A stretch of DNA of 61,938 nt, counting the filler, from Sphacelaria rigidula (lineage: Eukaryota), in assembly GCA_964200075.2 (NCBI GenBank). It is 9 parts of 9 records of this genome, joined end to end, with 100 filler letters (N's around TTAATTAATTAA, not from the genome) between each part and the next. Parts side by side here need not be neighbours in the genome. Positions count along the whole stretch, not along the records: positions 6,895 to 13,688 come from CAXNAA020018049.1; positions 13,789 to 20,582 come from CAXNAA020018050.1; positions 20,683 to 27,475 come from CAXNAA020018051.1; 6 more parts are not named here. One strand, written 5' to 3'. The notes below the pieces were generated by a model. It worked only from the letters and a program-made list of their open reading frames with translations. It searched no databases and was not told the DNA's origin. A program made the position numbers and the translations under genes. Of this stretch, positions 13,418-26,155 are shown in pieces. Every line of letters starts with the position of its first letter. The stretch's first letter is position 1.

Positions 13418-13507
13418 CTCTGCCCCTTTTTCCATTGCCCAAGCACTAGTCCGAGCAACGGTTCCTACTCCTTCTACGCCTTTGTTGACCCCTTGCCGGA
13501 TCTTCGA
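13418..13507 (-). CDS. Isolated internal exon of an unidentified gene (SKIRQGVNKGVEGVGTVARTSAWAMEKGAE)
   Basis: 90-nt open exon bounded by tgtcctcag| and |gtgagc. No family recognised with confidence. Confidence 0.55.
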
Positions 13508-13688
13508 CTGAGGACAAACGTTCGATGATGCCGGCCGGGCAAAAGCAATGAACAAACAGCAAAAGGATGTGATACCAAAGCAAAAAAAAAAAAAAAGAGG
13601 CCAACGAAAAAAAGAAGAAAAACAGCAAAGGACGGAAAGAAGAGGCATTAATCTGGTGAATGAGAGGGATGGATTTCTGCGATACCAA

Positions 13689-13788
13689 NNNNNNNNNNNN
13701 NNNNNNNNNNNNNNNNNNNNNNNNNNNNNNNNTTAATTAATTAANNNNNNNNNNNNNNNNNNNNNNNNNNNNNNNNNNNNNNNNNNNN
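13689..13788. other. Artificial contig spacer
   Basis: N44-TTAATTAATTAA-N44. Confidence 0.98.
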
Positions 13789-13862
13789 GTGCTCCGTCTC
13801 GAAAGGGATGCGTGGTCAATGGTCAAATGACTAAGGCAAGCAACAGATGAGTACGCCCCCCC
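13789..13862 (+). mobile_element. 3' end fragment of the LINE family seen at 35985-38394
   Basis: GTGCTCCGTCTCGAAAGGGATGCGTGGTCAATGGTCAAA...GAGTACGCCCCCCC matches the reverse complement of ~35990-36065. Confidence 0.8.
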
Positions 13863-16423
13863 TGAACACTTCGTGTTTCGTAGCGCCACCACAAAGTTCA
13901 AGCCAGCTGTATACACGGTCACCACAACACATACGTCAGATGGATGTATCAAATGAATCCTCAAGAGCGTAGCTCATCTCAACTCTCCGTCACATATGCA
14001 GGAAGCGGACACATGAACATATTTTTGCTCGTTGTTTTGCTTCTCCTGTCTGGCAACCTCATCCGTGTGTTTCTTTGAAGCTATATCACGTCTCCTTGGC
14101 CTCGAACATTTCGGTGGCTACTCGGTCGTTTCTCGATTGTTCTCCTACTCGCCAATAAAGATTTTTGTTTTTCGTTGCCGTTGAAATTGCGATTGCAGCA
14201 TATGGACCACCAGGTTGTCTGTCACGGTCGCCACCTTTTCACTCCGGCTATCTCCCATCCCATCGTGGGCGGGGATGTTTTGGTGGAGCTCGCCCGCTAT
14301 CGAGGCGACCCATGCCATGAGGGATTACTTGAACACCTTCCACAGATCACATCATCAATAATTGTACCGGTTGCGGCACGGCGTGTATTGTCTACTGTAC
14401 ACCTCTACATGGCACGCCGCACGCTCTCTGACGACGTCTCCATTTTTTTCTGTGTGTGATTGTGTGACCCATAAAAATCACAACAAAGTGCGGAGGGTAA
14501 CTCACCGCTATTTCCTCGAATTTGCTCGTGTCACTGATGTGGCGCTACGATGGCAATGGGACTACGATCGTCCAGAATGGCAACGGCTTTTGACGGTGCA
14601 CGTGACATATCCTCCCCCTTCAGCGGCGGGACGAAGGGCAAAATGTGGGGTGCCCCTGTCCTAAGTCTCACCTGCCCACGAGGGCCTGTAGGATGGTTGC
14701 GTGCAAGGAACAGCGTGGGCCGCCGTTCGGTGCTCCCATGGGATACGCTAGGTCTCCTAATGTCTGCCGGAACAAGGGAACCTTACCCTTGTGGTTCCCG
14801 TACACGTCGTCCATTACGACGCGCTCGTTTATCGTGCACGGCGGCCCTTGCTCGCCCCCTTATTGTAGCGGGACTATCGAAATCGTGCCCGCGCTGACTG
14901 ACATCTTCGGGAGGGCACCGCACATCAAACCCTGCGCACCCACGTTTTAGGTCTAGTACAGGTGGCGACAGCACTTAAGAAATATCGAGTGAAGAAATCC
15001 AGGTTCATAAACTTCAGGTTTCAAGAAATCGATATTCAGAAGTTGAAAATTACAAGAGGCTCGGCGGATAAGAAATCTGTCACCGACCCTGCGGCGTCGA
15101 GATTCAGGAACTGGTCCTAGGCCCATCAGCCCCTCGAGTTTTAACCGGAGACCTCAACATTTCGGTAATCTGAATCAAAATTTGCATGGCATGTCGTAGA
15201 TGTGAAAAAATGTCGGTTGGGGAACGAGTGGAACCGTGCCTCGCAGATTTTGTGTGGGCAGTAAGAGTTCAAGACTCCGAGTTCTCATCTTCCATAAAGA
15301 GCTTCATCCCCAATTTCGATCTCGGCTATGAAAGGTATACGTGCGAAGATACCGTGTATATACAGTTAATACAACGAGATGTGACTGCATGTTTTGGACG
15401 TCGTTATGCTGTCTCGAATACACTGGCATGTAGTACATGAAACATGTATGATACCGTGTGACACTAGATCTGCGATTGACCATGATATGATTGCACTTAT
15501 TACATATTTGATTTGATTTGATTTGATTGTCGAACTTGGACTGACCCCCCGGGAGTCCAGCCGTGGTCTCATGATAGACGTATACAAGAAAAACGAAATT
15601 CAAACACGCTCTAGGGGGAAAAAAAAGGAACAGAAAAACAAAGAAAAAAAAGAGAGAGGGGTCGAACAGAACAACATAGCAGGCTAAGTCGTGACAAAGA
15701 AGTAATAATGATTCAATACAAGCGAAGCACATAAAGACATGCCCGACTTGAAGCAAGAAAAAGGAAATCCAGAGGAAAATACAAAGCAAATAAAAAAAGT
15801 GCAATGAAACGATGGAAAATAAAATAGTCTAAGGGGTTCATGGCAGCAGATTAGACACAAACACACACCAGCGGGCTATATATTGCACCGCAAAACGGTA
15901 CACTACGACTGTACTGCGCAACCATTTTGTGTCTGCCTACTGCGAGGCCATCGCACATAATCTGTCCAAGCGACAGTGCAAAAAAACGTATTGTCTCGCT
16001 GCAGTACACGGTAGCACTACATCCGTTGGTCAAAACAATTTTGGCTGTACACAATCCCATCATTTTGTACGCGCAGGGGATGAAGAACAAAATATTGATC
16101 TGTAGGAAATCCATCATTGCGCATGTGCGGAAGCTAAGGGTTCGGCTTCACTACATTATGCTTCGCTCGGCGACAAGAAGGGTTCAGCCTCACCTCAAAT
16201 TAGAGTTTCTGATGTAGTGCTGCTGAGAGTACTAGCCGAAATATTCTCTGGGGTATCTGGGATACCGAATGCACGTGAAAGTTCGGGCGGCTGTTTGAGG
16301 GCAACCTCAATGCACTCAATGTGGAGTGAATACCAGTGGATTTCACCCGCGGATCGGCAGTGACGAGCTATTTTTGGCGGTAAATGCGCCGTACTCAATC
16401 CTACTCCGTTGCGACGACGCTCA

Positions 16424-16684
16424 CTATATAACTGTTGTCAGGATGCAGTCTTCAGTGAATTCGTCGCTCGGCAGTCCTTCCCTCTCCACCACAAGCGCGG
16501 GTGCGGCGTGACGGAGCCATCCTTTCTCCGTGATGGACTTGACCATCACGTCGAGACCTCTGTCGTTAATTGGGCGCGTGAACGCGGTCAGCCTTATCCG
16601 GCTCAGAGGCACCTCGAAGCAGGCGATGAATTTTTGCGCGAGGCTGTTCGCGAGGGTTCCCCCTCGCTTCCGTCCAACCTTCAA
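16424..16684 (-). pseudogene. Truncated ParB/Srx-N-like domain fragment
   Basis: VPLSRIRL..FTRPINDRGLDVMVKSITEKGWL..APALVV resembles the ParB N-terminal pattern (R...L..SI...G.L.P..V). The frame stops before a DG.HR motif. Confidence 0.4.
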
Positions 16685-18107
16685 GGCGCAGCATTCTCCC
16701 CCTTATCAACTGCGGCCCCCGACATTTCACCGGCGGCAGTGGATGTGATTAATCGCCGGCGAGTTGAGTTGACCAATTCGAGTAGAGGGCGGAGGGGGGG
16801 GGCAGGGGGGGGAGCGTGCTTTTGTGTTGGACGGGGGCAGCGAGGGGTGAGGCGGTTCGATCGCGGCGATCGGATGCCCCTGCACGGAGTGGTCGCTCCA
16901 TTGCAACCGTCGGAAGATGCAGCTCTGTCAATAGTGTTCCAATTCGTACTGCGGACAACGCGTGTTTTCCTCCCCAATAGGTGCCAAGTGCCAGTGGCAT
17001 ATCGCTAAGGCTAAACTGATTGTGGTGTGCCCGCACGATTCTTTCATATGTGAGGAGAAGCTTATATGGTCAACCGTTCGTTCACATCGCTGCTGTGTAG
17101 AACGCGCCTTCGCAACGTTCTTTTTCGCGTGGTAATTACCCCCGGATGCGTGTACAGTGCCGTGCGGTGACGGAGGAATGTGCGAGCAGTATAAATCAGA
17201 ACACGAAAGCGGAATTGAAATCTCAGGTAAAAAAATTAGCGCGATGCGACTGTATGCGATCACAAGAACCGTCGATTGGAATGATGCCATACTATCCACC
17301 ATGAGCGAGCATTCGGCGGAGATTCAGAAGGCTTATCCGACCGTTGGTAAAAGCCACACGAAAAACGCCGGCGGCGGCCTTCGGTACGTAGGGGACGATG
17401 CAAGTCCAGAGCAAGAATCAGTTTTTAAACTACCCCCTACCTGCTCACAGCGGGTAACTCTCCCCTCGCGTCCCGCGAGATGAGCGCGTACGTGGAAAGC
17501 CGGGTGGTAAGCGCCCAACGTGGACGTCCACGGCCGAACATAGCCTCACCTGGAGGTGGTGACGTCCGCACTCCCGCCGGATTGAGCCCACATCCCCTCC
17601 AGCCCATCAGCCCAAACACCACAGCCTAGTCTCCAGGCGGCTCGTGCAACAGCAACCTATATCTGGGCAGTCAAGGCCGACAATCAGGAAGCCGACCCAT
17701 TCCTTGCGTTTCAGAGCGCACAAAATGGCCGGCGAGTACGGATGTGTCGGATATGGTGCAGAGGTCCTTTCAGTGCTGCAAAACTCTTAGGTGTGTTGAC
17801 GCTTTTGCGCGCAGCGCCCGTGACGTCGTCGTGCTCCGTGCGGAGCAAAGCGATTTTGCCAAGCTGAGGTCATGCCGAGCTCGACTCGATTGGGTGCGCC
17901 GGCAGGTACCGCTAGTAAACATTCCCAAAAACGGTGGATCCATGCTGGCGGCGAACCATATCGTGTGCAACGCGTTCTTCAGGATGGCACAGAGAGGTCA
18001 CATATTTGTATATGAGAAACAAGAAGGTAAGGGAGGGCGCCTCGTCTGCACAGTACAGCACAATAGTAACGAAGCAATGTCGGATGCCGTAATGGGCAGC
18101 CTCATGG

Positions 18108-18493
18108 ACCGGATGCATTGTCGCGGGAAGTTGTAGGCCCTGCCATGGCCAGTTGAGACCGGGTATCATTTATGTAATCAATTCACCCATATTCGCCCAC
18201 TCACACATAACACACACACATACTGAATCAACACTCAATCAGAACTAACACTGAATCAAGTGGGGCGGGAAATCGTTCATGCAAAATCACGCCCCATGCA
18301 CCGGGTGCATTGTCGCGGGGAGTTGTAGGCCCTGCCATCCATGGCCAGTTGAGAGCAGGTATCATTTATGTAATTAATTCACCCATATTTGCCCACTCAC
18401 ACATAACACACACATACTGAACCAACACTCGATCAGAACTAACACTGAATCAAGTGGGGCGGGAAATCGTTCATGAGAAATCACACGTCATGA
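18108..18493. repeat. Tandem duplication of ~190 bp, 2 copies
   Basis: 18108-18299 and 18300-18493 are highly similar. Confidence 0.9.
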
Positions 18494-18589
18494 TCCCATA
18501 TGTTCTGCACGCGAGAAGGCGTGTGCCCCCAGTAGATTTGTACTGCAAGCACCACATCGGGTATACGTCAAATATCAGGACTAGTCTCT

Positions 18590-20290
18590 TATTCGTAGTT
18601 CCCCTGTATGTCATGACCCAATCTTGATATCCATTTCCCTTGTATCCAGGCAGATCCTGGAGCGCAAGTGTAATCGATTAGCCTTCCTGCTTACGGCTCT
18701 AGGACTGATAGTTTATCCTGAATACATAGTGCCTCATTCTAAAAACGGGAAAATCCAACACTATATTACCAAGCACTGAAAAAGAAAACCCGATCCCGTC
18801 AGGAAAAAAACTTTTCCAGCCACGCACAGACGTCTCAAACTCGTCTACCTCAGCAATCGAAAGCTCAAATCCTGAATATAATCAGTTCTTCGTAACCTAT
18901 CCATGCTCTATTTCAACAATTGTTTGCGTCATTCAGCACAAAACAATTAGATACATGTATACCAATCTCAATCATTACCAGGTCCCAAATCTTCCTTGGA
19001 ACAACCAAAGATCACACATGGATGCACAGTGAACACCCTTTTCATACTCCTCAGTTACCATGATGACATTCGAGAAACACACTCAACCTTCCAATACTCG
19101 AATATGTCAAAAACGCACTATTCTCATGGTAACAAGATGCTGTTGTCTATGTGAAATTCGATTCAACATACCGTCTACAACACGGTCTACATCAGGCGAG
19201 TGTCTACCGTCAACATGTCCAGTGACCGAGATATCATTCCACTGAACAACAGCATGACTCCTCGAAATAGTATGCAAAATAAACACTGCAAAATGAAAAC
19301 TTGCAGTAGTGGTGTGTGTACCACTTCCCCTCGAGTTCGAGAACAAAATTCAAATTCAAATCGCTAAAACTAGAGGTATGCTTGAATACAGTAACATATA
19401 GATTTCCCATCTGTCCCAACATAAGAACACAAGATCTGCTACTGTTTGTACCACTCTGTATCCTAGAAAAACAACATTAGCCTCCCTGATGTCGACCATG
19501 TATCAACTGCCTTGAATAGTTGATGTAACCCACATCAGTGAAAACTTGCAAGCTTGGGTCCTTTTATGTCAGAACACGAAAAAATCTCTTTCGAACCCCG
19601 TTCACTTCATAGACCCTAGAATACCCAGAGAAAATTTATGTATCCGTACACTCGTGCATTTCACAACGACTTGTACTGCTTATATCCTATCAGGGAGAAA
19701 CGCGGTAACATAAAACCAAACTCTGTAAGTACCAAATATATTGTAACCAAAATCAGCGGTTGATCAGTCCATTTAATTTCAAATTACTTATCTTTGATGC
19801 AGCTTTCGCTCGTCATCCGGCCCGATAGATTCCCAAAATCGTCAAACTCATCGTCCCACTCTTAGAATATTTTCTCTTTCACAAACCAATCAATCCCTGT
19901 ACACCAAAGTCCAAGTGCATGCAAATAAGTCAAACTAGGAGTTACTCTGCATAAACAGAACTATCACCCGAAACATACCAGGACGGATATTACTCCTTGA
20001 ATAAACGCCACACCCTGCGAGAATATGACATGAATTACTCCGTGTTAAAACGCCCCCCCCCCGATTTAATATCACATATTGACTTGCAGGCCGTATTGCT
20101 TTCAGGTTCTGCATGAAAGCATAACATCGATGACCCCAGAGTCAGTTCTCGTGAGTATCCTGGTGCATAGTCAGTTCCGCATGTTGAACGGCGGTGGATA
20201 GTCAATTGTTTAGTGACACCCCAGACTAAAAACCGTTCCACTCTCGGAAGTATACTCGAGGTTGAGTCCACGCCATGTTCTTTCCACAAC
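18590..20290 (-). pseudogene. Heavily decayed coding remnant, possibly a Plavaka/CACTA-like transposase
   Basis: Broken minus-strand peptides in plausible order: CFHAEP..GGRFNTE, ILGIYRA, GLHQLFKAV, LPGYKGNGYQDWV. Many stops and frameshifts. Confidence 0.25.
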
Positions 20291-20582
20291 GGAAAATGTT
20301 CGACCCAAAACCCGGAGCCGGCGAATCAATTTGTCAAAAACGTTTCGGCGCGGATCGCAAAATATCAAATTCCCTCTCGAAATCCATGACAGACGGATCA
20401 AATTGTCCGAAATACTCCGCCGTTGATCACCCCATCACATTTTTTTCTCCAAAAATAATTTGCTGTGGATAACCCCATCACATGAGTTTTCTCCGTTTTT
20501 AATTGACAGATCTGGCATTTTTTTTTTCTTTCTTTCTTTTCTCTCCCCGTTGAACTCGGGGGAGCTACTTCTCACCGGTTTT

Positions 20583-20682
20583 NNNNNNNNNNNNNNNNNN
20601 NNNNNNNNNNNNNNNNNNNNNNNNNNTTAATTAATTAANNNNNNNNNNNNNNNNNNNNNNNNNNNNNNNNNNNNNNNNNNNN
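20583..20682. other. Artificial contig spacer
   Basis: N44-TTAATTAATTAA-N44. Confidence 0.98.
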
Positions 20683-21589
20683 TTAATCCTCCGGGTTCTC
20701 ATCCTCAATCAATAGCACCATCCTCAACATAGATGATTGGCTGTTTGCACAAGGGGCGCCAGAATGTAGAAATGCTACTCGAGAGGGAGACAGTATACCG
20801 TCTTTATCTTTAGTTCGAGATTAGTAGCATTCCGCACCGTTTCCTGGCATGGTGCCGAGGAAATTTTGAAAAATTGCAAAATTTGATAAAATTATTCCAG
20901 ATATACAAGAGCAAAATATGCATATGATATATCGTGCGATCCAGAGTATGATGTGTGGTATGATCCAGTATTGGTCAGACTAACTTTTCCATCATATATA
21001 TGTCCCCAAAAAAATCTTGTTCAAACATTTCTGTTCGGCCCTGTTTGAGCCCTCCTCCGCCACTTTACGCCCGAAAAGAGGGGGCGAGAGGCGGATGTTG
21101 AGACCTTGTTGTACGGTAACGAATTCCTCTCTACTCACCGAGACCCTTCCAGGGACACTTTGCGCTTCCCGCTATCTGCAGTTTTGTTCTTGACTGAACT
21201 TGCATTTTCAATACCAAACAAACGACAAATAAACGACCAAGTGATGAAAAAACAGGGGCATCCAGTACTGACAACGGTAGTAGTAGTTACTGGTTATGAG
21301 TATCCACGTATCATTCCACTGCTTGTATATGGGAAAAATGTTCGGTTTTCAGCGACGGGTCTGAACTCAAGAAACAATGTGATAACGAAAAACAAAAGTA
21401 GGAGAACTCAGCTCGCGATGAAGTGAGGTAGTCGAACCCACATGTACCCCCGACATCAACACGTAGCGGCCCCACCATCCCACCGCAGAGTCATACTTTG
21501 CACTTGACCATCATTTTCAAGACTAAGGCCAACCCTTGGGTCATTCAGGGAAGCAGGGGGAACAAAAATAGCGGGTTGGGAGCTAAACG

Positions 21590-21887
21590 ATGCCCGCAGT
21601 AACAGCGCAGCTGTTCGTACTTCTGCTTGGCACATCCAGTGCTTTTCACCTCGCGATCAAGCCAACCTCAGCTCCACGCCTGGCGCTGTTGGCACAATTC
21701 GCTCCACATGTGAGCAACGACGACATCAAAAGCTTCAGCCTCTGCAGGAAAGGATTCCAATGCCTCAACTCGAGACTTCGTTGCACGGTGATGTCAGCAT
21801 CTCGTGGTGGCAGTACCGCGAGCGGTGTCACTCGCGAGGCGTTTATTTCTGGGAGTGCCGCGATGATCGTAGCTGCGGTAGCACCAG
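21590..21887 (+). CDS. Probable first exon of the ChaN/DUF399 gene: signal peptide + SSAF cleavage motif + transit peptide
   Basis: MPAVTAQLFVLLLGTSSA|FHL fits an ASAFAP-type bipartite plastid presequence. It ends TREAFISGSAAMIVAAVAP at a phase-1 donor CCAG|gtacag. Linkage to downstream exons is inferred. Confidence 0.65.
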
Positions 21888-22148
21888 GTACAGTCAACCT
21901 TGGAGGACAGTAGGTGCAACTTGGGGTGATGGGTGGATATTGTTTGTATCTATGTGTCTTTCTTTGTGAATCGTTTTTCTTTGCAACACATGTCCTCGAT
22001 AGTTTCCTTGGCTTCACAGTTGCGGTAGACGGCAGGCAACGTACTACCTGTAGATTGTATACTGCCACGGATACGCGTCACACGGTACTGACTGCAGTAC
22101 ATTAGTCAGAGCAAAGTGTTGCTCGCGGGTGCCTTCTGCTACCCCCAG

Positions 22149-22259
22149 TTGGTAGCCGGCAGTTACAACAGCGGGACAAGGAGAGTCACAGCCCCGTGCC
22201 AAGTGCTGCATCCGACTTGAGGACAACGGGTTTGGTCACCGATACAGGAAACCCTCAAG
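22149..22259 (+). CDS. Candidate second exon of the ChaN/DUF399 gene
   Basis: acccccag| acceptor and CAAG|gtgcag donor, open and phase-compatible (1 to 1) with the neighbouring exons. No homology support. Confidence 0.35.
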
Positions 22260-24036
22260 GTGCAGCGAAGGAGTCGCTGCGTATATGAAAAAAACCTGTG
22301 AACATACGTTAAAAGGCGGTAGGCCGTGGCACGCGCTCCACGGTAGGCGGTGGCACGCGCTCACGGAGACATACTTGGACTTAGGCTTATCATATTTTGT
22401 TCCTGTTTTTATTGACAAAGGTTGATTTCCAACCAGAACAACCTGCGCAAATAAAGTATGGGACTATGACGTCCTTCGCCGCCGTTGTGCGAGCACGCCG
22501 CAAGTGCGGGGTGTAAGCGCATAAGGTGGCACCCAACCGCCCATATTGCCTTGGTGGCATATGCAGCAGCAGACGGGGTCGATTGACGTTGCATGGTAAG
22601 CGCGTGATCTCCATCTGTGATCTTTCTACCGCTCAGTTCAGTTTGTACCCCCACACGTTGCGGGAAGCGCTGCTTGGGGAAGAACTCGCCCTTCGATTTC
22701 AGGTGTTGCCGTTGTCACATTTTACCTTGCGGGAGCTTCGTGTGTCGAGTATATAAAGATGGGCCTTGACGAAATAGAGTTTACGGCTACGTGTACACGT
22801 CTACAGCTCGTCAATTAGCTGCGTAACTCGACCCCGTTTTCGAGTGTTTTTGTTCCTGGTTGTTCGAGGCACTCGAGCGAAGAAATAAAAAACTGCGCGT
22901 ACGATACTGAGCCTATACATGACCTGGTTCAAAATTGAGCAGCTTGTTCTAACTCAGACCTCACCGCTGTTTGGACCCGATGAACCATTCGATCGCCGGC
23001 GTTGATCGATCAATTGGGTATTCCGATCATTTTTCGAGTCAAAATAACCGTTTCCAAAGGATGACTGACCCACATCTAGCGGTCAAAAAAGCTATGGTAA
23101 AGCGCACCTGTTCCCTTTCGTCAGCTGCCCGTAAATCTAAATCCGTCGACCTCTGAGACATATCCGCGACTTTTACGTGTGACTTACCCAGAGCTTTCTT
23201 CCCTCGTACATGTCAAGACATCATTTTATACAATCGGAGGTACAGACCTCAGATGTGAGCACTTGGGTAGTCTCGGAGTGTGCTATGTTCTCCATTCAGG
23301 AATGAACCCCCTTGAACCGGTGCGGACCTAACGAACCCACGATGGGTGCAATGCTGCACCGAGTGTCTCAACAGCCACCTCCCCCCTCGTAGGGTGGGGA
23401 ATAGCTGCAAACGCAGCAGGAACGGGTTCATGATTTAGGCGTCCCTCTGGCGAGGTGTCGAGCATGGAACACCGTCCGTGGTGATGTTACAGCGCCATAC
23501 AACGAGACGCTACGTGATGACTTACGAAGTCTAATCAACTCAACCGCACTGTACATATATCGGAAAGGAACAAGCAGCGTCCTCCTTACTGTGAGTGCAG
23601 CCTACGTACAGATGCCTCACATGCTTGATTTGTCGCACACCACACGTTCGAAACACGGCAAAATGGCAACAATACCCTCGCTGATTTTGTTTTTTGTTTC
23701 CCGGAACCTGCGCTACGTGGCACATTTTTTTTTTTCTTCATGTTCTTCGTTTGCAGTATACTCTCTGACAAGCAAATCGAGACCCTCCACCCCGCTTTGT
23801 CGAAAACAGGCGAGTCATCGCGTGGAAGGGGCCGGCCCGAGTTTTCAGAGTTTGGGTCAAGTCTCCCAGGCGTACGGTGTTCATACAAGTCACGTCGAAG
23901 TTACACCAACATGAGCCTGCCCCCCCTCCCTTCCCACCATTGTGCTTGCTCTTCGTACTTCCTTGCTAGATTTTTTTTGTGAAGAGCCTCCCGTCCCTCC
24001 CCTTGCATCCCCTGAAATGCCTAAATTAACCCTTAG

Positions 24037-24317
24037 GTTGGCTAACGTCCCCGTCATCTCTCCGCTCTTACGACGTGAGGCGAGAGCGTATTTTCGACAC
24101 CAGGAAGAGCAGCTTCATGCCCGCGGACCCGCAGCAACTGATCGTCAATAACCCGAGGACCAAGTTCGACGACAGGGTGGTGTGCCTGGGGGAGGTACAC
24201 ACGCACCCCTTGCACCACCGCATGCAGTTCAACATGGTGAAAGCTACGCATCATATCACCAAGGCTTCCGCGGAGCCCCTCGCGATTGGCCTCGAGATGT
24301 TCTATCGCCAACAACAG
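24037..24317 (+). CDS. ChaN/DUF399 (haem-binding uptake, Tiki superfamily) protein exon
   Basis: VVCLGEVHTHPLHHRMQFNMVKA...LAIGLEMFYRQQQ carries the family motifs LGE.H, H..Q and GLEMF. Boundaries ccttag| and |gtgaca. Confidence 0.9.
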
Positions 24318-24987
24318 GTGACATACATGGCAATGTATCACACCCTGAAGAACAGAAGGAAGTACGTAGCTAACATAGTGTGCTGGGCAGCTAAATGGTT
24401 GCAAGTATGTAGGCGACAAGATGACGTTCAAAACAGGCAAGCTCCGGCTGTGCTACATACGCATACGGGAAGCAGCGCGTGAGACGGCGCAAAAAATCCC
24501 CCGGTGTGCGTCTCTGACCCGCGATCAACGCAGTACTGGCATGACGATGGCGGCAACAACAGGGGATCTTCGAACTCTTCGCTAATGCATTCCGAAGCCA
24601 AGGAATGCACAATTTTTCGTCTGTGGGTGGGGATGCAAGCCTTATTCACTCGCTCACTTTTACATTGCGCATATGTCGGCGACGAGCTGTATAAGAGGAA
24701 GTTCGGATTCTCAACGACATGCAGCATCAACGTTGCGGGCATATTACTTTGATTCCGGGATGAAGTATTTCCGCCCAAAATATTATATATTCTGAAATAC
24801 ACACACCCTACGGTGAACTGCACCTACACAGGATTGTACATATGCTAAACTAACACTTGATCGCCAAATCTCGCCTCTTGCGTGCATTTCTGGCCCCTCA
24901 ACTCGCCGTCGTGCACTCCCCCTCTGGATATGCTCGCTTCACGATACCTTCCCCGCTGCCCGACCGCACTACCTGTCCGTTGTATAG

Positions 24988-25173
24988 GGCCCCTTGGATC
25001 GCTACGTCTATGGCCACGGGGATCTACGACTGCTCAAGGTCGAGACACAGTGGGACCAAACATGGGGCTTCGACTTTAACCAGTATGCCAAAATATTCCG
25101 CTATGCGCGCGAACAGGGCATCCGCCTGGTTGGTCTTAACGCGCCGTCCTCACTTCTTTACCTCGTGAACAAG
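24988..25173 (+). CDS. ChaN/DUF399 protein exon
   Basis: GPLDRYVYGHGDL...WDQTWGFDFNQYAKIFRYAREQGIRLVGLNAP. 186 nt, phase 0-0, tatag| and |gtccga. Confidence 0.92.
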
Positions 25174-25952
25174 GTCCGAAAATTTTGTTACTATTTTGGA
25201 GCACGGTACTCAACTTACGCTACTCGCCATTTCCATGGGATCCTTGTTCTGGAGGGTGGGCGGGGGGGGGGGGGGGGGAGGAGGGGGTTGTACTCATGAT
25301 TTTGCATGCAATAGTCATGGGACCATCGACCTCGCATCCCAACAAAACCGGGACTGAGCACGCCAGGTTTTCGCCGGACCAGCCTCACAATCAGTCATCA
25401 AGCGCGAAGCGCTGTCGAAAGGGGGGGGAGGGGGGGGGGGGGATCGCTTTGCATGCAAGATGTACTTGTGTCCTTGGAGACGTATGGTGCAGGGGCTCCT
25501 CGTGTACTAACTGCACGTAGCGCATATCGCACAGATTGAGGCTTTGCGTGTATCTTCCTTTCGTCTCGTCTTGGCGTTTCATCATGAAAAATGAGAGGGG
25601 GAAAACAGAAAAAATGATTGAAGAACAAGTTTGAGGATTCTCGAGCCCAAACACGCTAATCTCGTGTGCTACGCTCTTGTGTGACGGACGGCGTATATGC
25701 GCGGTCGTCCGGCCGTCTTGATTTCAAACAACCTTCCGTTTTCTTCAACATCTGGATCAGTTGATATGCGACAATCAATCAACTGATCAATCGAACAAAC
25801 ACCGGGAAACGCAGTCGCCGCGTTCGCAGACAAACTCAACCAAGATACGACATGTTTTTTTTTTTTCTGTTGAATGAGGCCGCCGGTATCATTCTTCTTC
25901 GCAATAATTCGCGCCCCTCTACCCTTGTCCGCACGCATATCTGGATCTTCAG

Positions 25953-26155
25953 GTGGGGATTGAGAAACTTCCCAAACGAATTATGGCGCTGCTGCCCGAG
26001 ATGGACCTGGGTCAGGTGTTGCACCGGCAGCGTTTCGAAGACTCGATCAATAGCTTCGCAGGAGCGCACGGAGGTGGTATGGACATCGGAGCCATGGACA
26101 GGATGTACCAGGCGCAGACCTTGTGGGACGAGTATATGGCCGAGACAGCTAGTCG
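25953..26155 (+). CDS. ChaN/DUF399 protein exon (gene continues beyond the contig)
   Basis: VGIEKLP...HRQRF...RMYQAQTLWDEYMAETAS. Boundaries ttcag| and |gtgagg. The expected C-terminal G.GH exon was not found. Confidence 0.92.

Noticed and set aside
23757-23809. Possible extra ChaN exon with a GC donor (tttgcag|...CAG|gcgagt)
   Set aside because: I could not reconcile its phase with both neighbouring candidate exons without transcript data.
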